From NCBI GenBank assembly GCA_947628355.1, contig CANQZO010000001.1:1-32705 (forward strand): a stretch of DNA of 32,705 nucleotides. Direction: 5' to 3'. This document shows, piece after piece, positions 9,215-17,358 of the stretch. Each line of letters opens with the position of its first letter. Position 1 is the stretch's first letter. The DNA comes from Candidatus Gastranaerophilales bacterium. GTDB lineage: Bacteria > Cyanobacteriota > Vampirovibrionia > Gastranaerophilales > Gastranaerophilaceae. The notes under the pieces are model-generated. The model saw only the letters and a list, made by a program, of their open reading frames with translations. It was not told where the DNA came from and did not search any database. Made by a program: the position numbers and the translations under genes.

Positions 9215-10600
9215 ATGAAATACAAAAGTTGCAGATTATTAGAACATGGCATTTATATATATCTGGACCCCGGAACAGGACAGTTATGTGCAGGTCACTG
9301 CTGCAATAGCGATCATTTGGATTTTAATGACAGATTATATATATACCCCGATTTAAAAAAAGAAAATTTAAACTGGGATTATGTTTTTTCTGAAAAACGA
9401 AAATTAAAAGAAAACGCGAAACAAGGGATTTATCCTTTTCAATGTGAGGGCTGCTTTGAACTTCAAGAGCGTGATTGGGATGATGAGGATTATATTAATC
9501 ATTTAACGGCAGCTCATATAATGAAATGCAATTCACGCTGTATATATTGTCCTACGGGAAGAATACCGGAATGGCACAATAGGGAACAGGATGTTGACTT
9601 AAAACCGTTAGTTGAAGAATTATTGAACAAAAATTTGTTGAAATTTAACGGCTCGCTAAGATTTGTCGGCGGTGAACCTACTTTAATGAAAGAATTTGAT
9701 TGGCTGGTTGATTTATTTTCGGCTCATAATGTTCCTGAAATATACGTTCCGACTTCCGGAATAAGATTGTCTAAAAGCCTTTGCAATGCATTAGAAAAAG
9801 TTGAAAGTGCAGCAATAGTTGCAAGTATTGACTCAGGGAGTAAAGAAACCTTTGAAAAAATTAAGGGTACTAAGTTTTTTAATCTTGTTATGAAAAATAT
9901 GAAAACATATCTAAATCATGCCCGCTTAAAAAATTTTGTAATATTAAAATATATTCTTCTTACAGGATATAATGACAGTGCAAAAGAAATTGACAGGTGG
10001 CTTAAAAATTGCGCGGATATGGGTATTGTTGAAGTTCAGTTTGACAGTGAGCATTCCGTTTCATCTTCGGAAAATTGTGAAAACAAAAAATACATAAACC
10101 GTACACTAAAAATGCTGAAATACGCTGAGCTAAAAGCGAAAAAATATAATATAAAAGTTACTTCATTTTTAGCATTTATGAACAGAGCACAAAAAATTTA
10201 TGAAAAACAATTGGCATTTTATAATCAAAATCAAAACAAATTTATTGATTTAACTGATTTTGAGATTGATTATAACAAATATTATAAAGACCTTTATATC
10301 AATATTGATAAAGATTTTAATTGTCTGGAGGATATAGATAAACTTATACAAGATGACAGATTTTCACCTTTGCGCAGAGCATTTTTAACTTCTGATTATA
10401 AAGAGATAACAAAATCGCCGAATTTTGAAAAAACTGTTAAGTCTTTATTAAGGCTCGGTTTTGATTTGGATTTTACGACAAGCAAATATACAGATACGAT
10501 TAAAGAAATATTAAAAACAAGTTTTTCGACTGTTAAATTAAAGAGAAATTATTTTAAATTTTTTAGAAGAAAAGACAAGTTTATGGGTAATATGATTTAG
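9215..10600 (+). CDS. Radical SAM enzyme, class A paralogue A6, with a roughly 130 aa C-terminal extension
   Basis: 461 aa from ATG 9215 (MKYKSCRLLEHG). Motifs CNSRCIYC, RFVGGEPTLMKEF, SIDSGSKETFEKIKGTKFF and LKYILLTGYNDS. The region after about nt 10175 has no counterpart in the other class A copies. Confidence 0.85.
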   Translation: MKYKSCRLLEHGIYIYLDPGTGQLCAGHCCNSDHLDFNDRLYIYPDLKKENLNWDYVFSEKRKLKENAKQGIYPFQCEGCFELQERDWDDEDYINHLTAAHIMKCNSRCIYCPTGRIPEWHNREQDVDLKPLVEELLNKNLLKFNGSLRFVGGEPTLMKEFDWLVDLFSAHNVPEIYVPTSGIRLSKSLCNALEKVESAAIVASIDSGSKETFEKIKGTKFFNLVMKNMKTYLNHARLKNFVILKYILLTGYNDSAKEIDRWLKNCADMGIVEVQFDSEHSVSSSENCENKKYINRTLKMLKYAELKAKKYNIKVTSFLAFMNRAQKIYEKQLAFYNQNQNKFIDLTDFEIDYNKYYKDLYINIDKDFNCLEDIDKLIQDDRFSPLRRAFLTSDYKEITKSPNFEKTVKSLLRLGFDLDFTTSKYTDTIKEILKTSFSTVKLKRNYFKFFRRKDKFMGNMI

Positions 10601-10653
10601 AAAAAATTTAGTAAATAAAATAAATCCTAATTTTATTGTGATAAAATTTGTAT

Positions 10654-12225
10654 ATGAAAAATATTTTATCAATGTGGAATAAAAATAAATTTTTTTGTTT
10701 TTTTTGTACTGTATTTACTGTAATTACTTTATCTATATTATTTATAAAAAATATGAATTATGCAGTAGTTTTCGATGATGATATAAAAGACACTTTCGCA
10801 AATCGTTATTCACATTATCGTTATCTTACCACTTGGTTAGTTTTCTTTTTTGTGAAAATATTACCTGCCAATCTTAATATACATATCCAAGAATTTTCTT
10901 TTGTTTCTGAGGTTCTTTTTAAGGTTGTTTTATTTTCATTAATAGTTCTATCTATAACTTTTTCATTTTTTAGATTTAACAAAAATTATATTTTATTTTC
11001 GATTATTTATTCTATTACATTTTTTTTGGCTTATTCGCTGCCAAATTTGGTTTCATATAGGCCCTACTTAGAAGTTAACATATTTTTTATCGGTTATTTT
11101 TTTCCTATCGTTTTTTTTATTTTGTTTTGGTATAAAATGAGTGATTATTATATTGCTTGTGATTTAACTTCAAATAAATTATCTAAAAAAGAAAAATTTA
11201 TATTGTTTTTTTATTCTGTGCTGATTTTTCAAGGGAATGAAATTCTTTTATTTATATCTTCAATTTTTTCTTTCCTTTTATTTATAGATTTATTTATATT
11301 TGAAAAAAATAAAAATTTTGAAAAAAATAAATATGTTTTATTCCCTTTAATATCTTTTTTAATTATTGACATTTTTATATTGTTATTCCCTGGTGATATT
11401 ATTACAGATGTTTATAATATATCTTTTTATATACCAAATATTCATGAAATAAAAACTTTTGCTAATTTATTTTGGATAAAAATTTTTTACGAAAATATGT
11501 ATTTATGGATTTTAAATATAATCGGAATTTTATTATTACTTAAAATTGATGATAAAGGAAATAAACATAGAATTTTAAAATTTTGTTTATTTTCTTACTT
11601 AAGTATTTTAATAATTTGCGTTTCATGTTTATTTTTAGCCCCTAATTGTCCATATACCGAATATAAAATAAAATCATGGATACTTTGCCCTCATATAATA
11701 ATGCAGGTAAAAATGCTTTTATTTTTAATATGTTTATATATCTCCGGAATTTTGACTGTTTCTGAAATTAATATATTTAAAAAACTTCGATATTTTAATT
11801 ATTTTTTAATAACAATTCTTTTGATTAGCTGTATTATTTATTTAATTCCTTTTTTTAAATATACAGAATTAAGAACTTATTATAATCCTCAAATGAAGAA
11901 ATTATTATATATTTCTGATAAAATATCATTATTTTATTTAAAACAAGGAAAGACAATTATTTTTCCGTATAATAAATATATCCAAAATTCAATATTAAAC
12001 GTAAACATTTCGGGTTCATTAGAAAATTATAATAATGAAATTTTTCATAAAACTGATGATGTCGCTTATTTAAAATACCTTGAAATAATATATAAAATTG
12101 ATACTTCACCCGGAATTATGCTTATGGATACCGATAAGGCAATCTCTTTATATTTTAAAAACGGAGGGCGGCTTACAACAAAGGAAATTGAAAATATGGA
12201 TTTTTCTAAATTAAACAATAACTAA
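10654..12225 (+). CDS. Polytopic membrane protein P3 (GT-C-like candidate)
   Basis: About 523 aa from ATG 10654. NYAVVFDDDIKD (nt 10774-10782) follows TM1, then QGNEILLF. The C-terminal block YKIDTSPGIMLM...NGGRLTTKEIENMDFSKLN aligns with P1 and P2. Confidence 0.8.
   Translation: MKNILSMWNKNKFFCFFCTVFTVITLSILFIKNMNYAVVFDDDIKDTFANRYSHYRYLTTWLVFFFVKILPANLNIHIQEFSFVSEVLFKVVLFSLIVLSITFSFFRFNKNYILFSIIYSITFFLAYSLPNLVSYRPYLEVNIFFIGYFFPIVFFILFWYKMSDYYIACDLTSNKLSKKEKFILFFYSVLIFQGNEILLFISSIFSFLLFIDLFIFEKNKNFEKNKYVLFPLISFLIIDIFILLFPGDIITDVYNISFYIPNIHEIKTFANLFWIKIFYENMYLWILNIIGILLLLKIDDKGNKHRILKFCLFSYLSILIICVSCLFLAPNCPYTEYKIKSWILCPHIIMQVKMLLFLICLYISGILTVSEINIFKKLRYFNYFLITILLISCIIYLIPFFKYTELRTYYNPQMKKLLYISDKISLFYLKQGKTIIFPYNKYIQNSILNVNISGSLENYNNEIFHKTDDVAYLKYLEIIYKIDTSPGIMLMDTDKAISLYFKNGGRLTTKEIENMDFSKLNNN
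11299..11334 (+). repeat. In-frame 18-bp tandem duplication inside P3 (FEKNKN/FEKNKY)
   Basis: tttgaaaaaaataaaaat (11299-11316) is followed directly by tttgaaaaaaataaatat (11317-11334), 17/18 identical. Confidence 0.7.
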
Positions 12226-12232
12226 AATGCAA

Positions 12233-13261
12233 CTATTTTTTATTTCCGAAAATAAAATGCAGTTCAGAAAGCAATCTTGTCACAGGTGATACTTTTCTGC
12301 AGTTATAAACTTTATTTTCAATTATGGCGTCAGCCCAGGGCTCTATTTGAAGTTCAAATCCCAGCTTTTTTGCCTGCTGTTCAAAATATGAATACGCTTT
12401 TATAACTGATGATTCTATTACTTGATTTTTTGTTGTATCCATTTTGCTTTCATGGTGGTTAACTGCTCTTGCAACAGTTTTTACTCCTGCAGTTTTGCAG
12501 ACTTCAAAAAAATTATCTATTTCTTTTTTATTATCATTTACGTTCGGGAAAATAATATATTTTAACTTTACTCTGTTTGATTTATCCGCGCTTTCAAAAA
12601 TGTATTTTTTTATTGTTTTAATGACTTCATCAAATTTATCAACTCTTTTAATTCTTTTATAAGTTTCCCGGCAGCCGCAATCAAGCGAGATACAAATGGT
12701 ATTATGATTATCCGCTTTTAACATTTCGCTTATAACGCTTTCATATTTTATTCCGTTAGTTAATACCTCCATTCTGCAGTTTTTAGATAAAAGAAGTTTA
12801 ACAATAGCAGGAAATTCCTCAAGCATAGTCGGTTCCCCGCCCATAAACGCAATAAATGAGTCTTTGTTTAATCGGCCTTGATTTATTAATTTTTCAATAA
12901 TCGGCAGAGAGTCATAATCATCACTCTTTTTTACTCCGTCATGAAAGTCTGAACCTACGGAGCAGTAAAAACATGCTGCATTGCAGTGCTTCCAGTTAAA
13001 TACGGTTATTTTAAATATTTTACCGTCAAATTCTTTCCAATCCTGCTCTTTTAATTCGGGGCATAACTTGCAGCGCTCGGGGATTATTCCCTGTTTCATT
13101 TCTTCAATGATTTTTAATCTTCGCTCTTCATTTTTTTCAAACGCATTTTCCTCGCCGTAGTGGATATACTCGGGTCCCTCCCATACTTCATTACAGTATT
13201 TAAAGCCGTTAAATCCTAAATCTATACTTCCTAATATATGGTTACAGCATTTATATTGCAT
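12233..13261 (-). CDS. Radical SAM enzyme, class A paralogue A7
   Basis: 342 aa. Motifs CNAACFYC, AFMGGEPTMLEEF, SLDCGCRETYKRIKRVDKFDE and KYIIFPNVNDN. N-terminal KCC...YC...CKLC. GGGAG lies 7 nt before the ATG. Confidence 0.9.
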   Translation of the reverse strand: MQYKCCNHILGSIDLGFNGFKYCNEVWEGPEYIHYGEENAFEKNEERRLKIIEEMKQGIIPERCKLCPELKEQDWKEFDGKIFKITVFNWKHCNAACFYCSVGSDFHDGVKKSDDYDSLPIIEKLINQGRLNKDSFIAFMGGEPTMLEEFPAIVKLLLSKNCRMEVLTNGIKYESVISEMLKADNHNTICISLDCGCRETYKRIKRVDKFDEVIKTIKKYIFESADKSNRVKLKYIIFPNVNDNKKEIDNFFEVCKTAGVKTVARAVNHHESKMDTTKNQVIESSVIKAYSYFEQQAKKLGFELQIEPWADAIIENKVYNCRKVSPVTRLLSELHFIFGNKK

Positions 13262-13331
13262 TCTTTACTCCCGTTGTTTACATTATACCAAAATCAAGTA
13301 TTTTATTATATATTTTTATTTAGAGGTATTT

Positions 13332-15263
13332 ATGAGCGAAAATTATGCAATTTGCACGTTTCCTTTTAACGCCGCACAAATAAGCATGCAAGGTGATGTT
13401 TATGTCTGCTGTCCTCCGTGGAGCAGCTCATATTCATTCGGGAATATATACGAGCAGAGTTTTGACGAAATATGGAACGGAGACCGTGCAAGAGAATTTC
13501 GCAGGCAGTTCATTAATAATGATTATAAATATTGTAAACTCGATTTATGCGTTAAAGATTGCGCGCAAAAAATAATTCCGTCAGAAACGGTTGAAAAGCC
13601 TAAAACTTTTATATTCTGCTATGATACCATATGCAACGTGAAATGCATCTTTTGCCGCAGCTGTCACCAAAAGCAGGATTTATCTTATTTTGATGAACAC
13701 ATGGATGAGATAATCTCAAATATGCTTGAAAATGCGCAAAATGTTGTTCTGTCAGGAGTAGGAGAGGCTTTATTCAGTCCGCATTCAAGAAAACTTATAA
13801 AGCGAATATCGGAGATGTTCCCTAATATTAAATTCTCACTTATTTCAAACGGAATTTTATGCGATGAAGAAAATTTAAAAGAACTCGGTATAATTGATAA
13901 ATTGCTTTCAATAACTGTTTCACTCCACGCCGTTAAAAAATCAACTTATGATAAACTTGTTAAAAACGGTGATTTTGACAAGGTTATGGAAAATTTAAAA
14001 TTTCTGTCACAGCTAAAGCAAAAGGGCAAACTCGACAGATTTATTTTAAATTTTGTCGTTACTTCGTGTAATTACCGAGAAATGAGCGATTATATTAAAA
14101 TGGCTGAAAAACTCGGCGCAACTGTTGGTTTTTTGGAACTTTTAAAACTTGAAACTAATGAAGATGTTTATAATGAACTTAACATATTAAATGAAAATCA
14201 TCCTAAGTATAACGATTTTGTAAGGGTTATGAAAAACCCTATATTCCGCTCCTGCAAATGTACAATTAACGATACAATGCTTAATTTAAGACCAATTGAT
14301 AAACCAAATAAAATAGTAAAATATTTTAGCATTTTTATCACTAATATTCTTATAATATTTTTATTATTGTATATATTAAATTTCTTAATTTATTTTAGGA
14401 CATTTAAAAATGATATAAATAACAATAATTTTAATGATTTTCGCTCAATTTTAACTCAATATAAAAATTTTATGTCACAAGATGTTAGTCGTAAAAATAC
14501 TTATGATATTCTTATAAATGATAAAGATAATTGGTATAGAAGAATAGAAAATAAAACTTCCTCAAAACCTTCAATAGTTTTATTTGGCTGTTCTTTTGTA
14601 TGGGGAACAAATTTAGAAGATAATAAAACATTTTCATATCAACTGGGTAAGCTGACAAAGCGTCCTATTTATAACAGAGCCTTAGGGGGTTGGGGTGTTC
14701 AACACATGCTTTATCAACTTCAGCAAGATGAATTTTATAATATCATAACTTCAAAATCCCTCCCCCCTCAATATGTAATTTACACTTTTTTTAGAGGACA
14801 TTATACAAGAATTGTTACCTCAGATGCATTGTATAGTATGCCCTGCTATTTAGTATTTTATAAACACAAAAAAAATGGGGAATTTGTATTAAAAAATAGA
14901 AGTTTTTTTAATTCGAAAATTATAATACATCATTTTATAATTCATGACATTATTATTCCACTAATAGAAAATAAAAAATCATATCAATCCTACATTGATG
15001 AAATTATGTTTGATTATTTAATGGCATCAAAGAAAGAACTTAATAAACACCTTCCAAATACAAAATTTGTAATATTCTTTTATGACGAGCCGTATACACA
15101 AGATATAATTAGAAAATTAGAAGAAAATGGTTTTATTATTATATCTAATAATGATATGGGAATTAATCAGAAGGAATTAAAATATATTTTATCGGATAGA
15201 CATCCCAGTGCATTATATTGGGAGGAAGCGACACCCAAAATTATAAAAAAACTACATTTATAA
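13332..15263 (+). CDS. Fusion protein: class B radical SAM (B1), single TM helix, SGNH/GDSL-like domain (S1)
   Basis: 643 aa. The N-terminus CTFPFNAAQISMQGDVYVCC...FGNIYEQSFDEIWNGDRAREF...CKLDLCVKDC is a twitch/SPASM-like pattern. CNVKCIFC is at nt 13632-13655. The hydrophobic segment YFSIFITNILIIFLLLYILNFLIYF spans about nt 14322-14396. LFGCSFVWG has G-C-S at 14586-14594. ALGGWG and SDRHPSALYW match SGNH blocks II and V. AGAGG SD. Confidence 0.85.
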   Translation: MSENYAICTFPFNAAQISMQGDVYVCCPPWSSSYSFGNIYEQSFDEIWNGDRAREFRRQFINNDYKYCKLDLCVKDCAQKIIPSETVEKPKTFIFCYDTICNVKCIFCRSCHQKQDLSYFDEHMDEIISNMLENAQNVVLSGVGEALFSPHSRKLIKRISEMFPNIKFSLISNGILCDEENLKELGIIDKLLSITVSLHAVKKSTYDKLVKNGDFDKVMENLKFLSQLKQKGKLDRFILNFVVTSCNYREMSDYIKMAEKLGATVGFLELLKLETNEDVYNELNILNENHPKYNDFVRVMKNPIFRSCKCTINDTMLNLRPIDKPNKIVKYFSIFITNILIIFLLLYILNFLIYFRTFKNDINNNNFNDFRSILTQYKNFMSQDVSRKNTYDILINDKDNWYRRIENKTSSKPSIVLFGCSFVWGTNLEDNKTFSYQLGKLTKRPIYNRALGGWGVQHMLYQLQQDEFYNIITSKSLPPQYVIYTFFRGHYTRIVTSDALYSMPCYLVFYKHKKNGEFVLKNRSFFNSKIIIHHFIIHDIIIPLIENKKSYQSYIDEIMFDYLMASKKELNKHLPNTKFVIFFYDEPYTQDIIRKLEENGFIIISNNDMGINQKELKYILSDRHPSALYWEEATPKIIKKLHL

Positions 15264-15308
15264 TTAGTTTATAATATAATATTTTTATAAGAATTTACGA
15301 GGAATATT

Positions 15309-16292
15309 ATGGCATATTTATCATGTGAATTTGTTGAAAACGGAATGTGTTTTATATATGATGCAGCGGTTTTATGTTCATATTCAATGTGCATGAAATT
15401 TGAAGCGATAAAAATAATAGAAGACTATAAAGGGGAATTGTTTGATTGGGATAAAATTAGGCAGATAAAACAGGAATACCGTGACAGATTTGCCAAAAAT
15501 GATATTCCGCCAATCTGCCAAGGCTGCCCGAGTTTAAAAGTTAAAGACTGGGCAGGTGATATGCAGTTAAAGTATATTCTTATCAACCACTGGGAAAACT
15601 GCCCGCTTGATTGCATATATTGCCATACGCATGAACGCAAAAAAGAGCTTAATAAAATGAAACCGTGGAAGATACTTCCTGTTTTAAAAGATGCGCTTAA
15701 AAATAACATGTTAAGCTATGAGGGAAACGTTAATATTACGGGCGGAGAACCTACTGTTTTAAAAGAATTTCCCGATTTAATGAAGTTCTTTCTTGAGAAA
15801 ACAAATATTTTTATTATGATAAATACTGCAGCCGTTGATTATTCCAAGTGGATTAGAAAAGCTATAGAATTAAAACGCTCAGCGCCTACAATATCACTTG
15901 ACGCAGGCACAAGAGAAACTTATAAAAAAATTAAAAATGTTGATTGCTTTAAAAAGGTTATTAAAAATATTAAAAAATATCAAAAAGGTTTAGACCCTAT
16001 TCGTAACAGTTTAATAGGTTTAAAATATATTTTTATTCCCGGATATAACGATACTTTAGAGGAAATTCAAAGCTGGCTTAAAATAGTTGAAGATTTAGGA
16101 ATTACTAATCTTCAATTAGAGCTTGAACATCACTGGTATGAAAAAAATAAATACTGCCCCGATAATGTTAAGGAATATATTGAATTGGTTGTAAAATATG
16201 CCCATCAGCACAAATGCAACCTTTCTTACAGAGAAATTCTTACTACCTGCGGTTACACCGAAGTGATAAGATATATTGATAACGGCAGGTAA
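15309..16292 (+). CDS. Radical SAM enzyme, class A paralogue A8
   Basis: 327 aa. Motifs CPLDCIYC, NITGGEPTVLKEF, SLDAGTRETYKKIKNVDCFKK and LKYIFIPGYNDT. GAGGAA SD. Confidence 0.9.
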   Translation: MAYLSCEFVENGMCFIYDAAVLCSYSMCMKFEAIKIIEDYKGELFDWDKIRQIKQEYRDRFAKNDIPPICQGCPSLKVKDWAGDMQLKYILINHWENCPLDCIYCHTHERKKELNKMKPWKILPVLKDALKNNMLSYEGNVNITGGEPTVLKEFPDLMKFFLEKTNIFIMINTAAVDYSKWIRKAIELKRSAPTISLDAGTRETYKKIKNVDCFKKVIKNIKKYQKGLDPIRNSLIGLKYIFIPGYNDTLEEIQSWLKIVEDLGITNLQLELEHHWYEKNKYCPDNVKEYIELVVKYAHQHKCNLSYREILTTCGYTEVIRYIDNGR

Positions 16293-16293
16293 T

Positions 16294-17319
16294 ATGGCAG
16301 ATAAACACATATATTGCCCCAATCCATATATTTTGGCTGAAATAATGCCGTTTGGTAATGTATATCCTTGCAGCTGCGGCTGGATTAGAGGATATTCTTT
16401 CGGTAATATTTTTGAAAAATCTTATGATGAAATCTGGAACGGGGACAGGGCAAAAGAATTCAGACAAAAACTTTATGATAACGATTTTTCGCTTTGCCCG
16501 GGGTGTCAAAATTTGGAAATTCTGCAAGAAATAAATGACAATGAGCCTAAACTTGTTTCCGCTCCGCCGGAACGTATATTGTTAGGATTAGATGAATATT
16601 GTGATGTTAAATGTATTTTTTGCAGACCGGAAAATTACAAGGTTAATCCTAATCTTATTCCTAAGGATAAAGAGGATAAACTTCTTGAAATACTTACTCC
16701 GTGGCTGAAAAATGCTAAATATGTTAAGACAAATGCGGTAGGCGAGGTTTTTGCAAGTAAAATTTCAAGAGATTTAATTAAAAATATTGCGCTTAACTTC
16801 CCTAACATAAAGTTTGAAATAATTACGAACGGAATACAATGTACAAAAGAAAATATCGAGCAATTAAATCTTACAAACAGAATCTCCATGATGACGGTTT
16901 CTCTGCATGCATTCAAAGAAGAAACATACAATAAAATAGTTAAGGGCGGAAATTATAAAAAAGTAATCGAAAATCTTTATTATCTTTCAGAACTGAAAAA
17001 ATCGGGGCAGATAGAAAGATTTGAGCTCCATTACACTGTTACAAGCATAAACTATAAAGAAATGCCTTTGATGATTAAATTTGCCCGCGAAATCGGCGCT
17101 AATATAAGATTTCTTGGTCTTGACTGTTCAAGGGACTTAGAAGAACTCTATAAAAAAATTAACATTCAAGATAAACATCATCCTAAATACAATGACCTTG
17201 TTAAAGTTGTTCATTCAAAAGAATTTGTGAATGCTAAAGATATTGTTGTTCAAGGCTGGGAATATTTTACAGGCTTGAAAAAAAATTCTTTTTTTACATA
17301 TATAAAAAATAAGTTTTAG
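16294..17319 (+). CDS. Radical SAM enzyme, class B paralogue B2 (N-terminal twitch/SPASM-like domain)
   Basis: Starts at ATG 16294 (MADKHIYCPNPY...), 1 nt after the A8 stop. Motifs CPNPYILAEIMPFGNVYPCSC, FGNIFEKSYDEIWNGDRAKEF, CPGC, CDVKCIFC, NAVGEVF, ITNGIQC and VSLHA. Confidence 0.85.
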   Translation: MADKHIYCPNPYILAEIMPFGNVYPCSCGWIRGYSFGNIFEKSYDEIWNGDRAKEFRQKLYDNDFSLCPGCQNLEILQEINDNEPKLVSAPPERILLGLDEYCDVKCIFCRPENYKVNPNLIPKDKEDKLLEILTPWLKNAKYVKTNAVGEVFASKISRDLIKNIALNFPNIKFEIITNGIQCTKENIEQLNLTNRISMMTVSLHAFKEETYNKIVKGGNYKKVIENLYYLSELKKSGQIERFELHYTVTSINYKEMPLMIKFAREIGANIRFLGLDCSRDLEELYKKINIQDKHHPKYNDLVKVVHSKEFVNAKDIVVQGWEYFTGLKKNSFFTYIKNKF

Positions 17320-17358
17320 TAGTAAAATAATTATATTATAGAAAAGAGGTAAAATATT

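Noticed and set aside
10614-10637. Possible terminator hairpin after A6 (AATAAAAT, 8 nt, ATTTTATT)
   Set aside because: The stem is 8 bp and all A-T, the loop is 8 nt and there is no clear U-tract. Stability would be negligible, and such pairs arise by chance in AT-rich DNA.
10684-10710. Homopolymer tracts as phase-variation switches: T7/T8 in the 5' end of P3, A8 at 2954-2961 and C6 at 14762-14767
   Set aside because: Tracts of 6-8 nt are short for slipped-strand switching. A/T runs of this length occur throughout this AT-rich window. I found no long poly-G/C or multi-copy short repeats at 5' ends.
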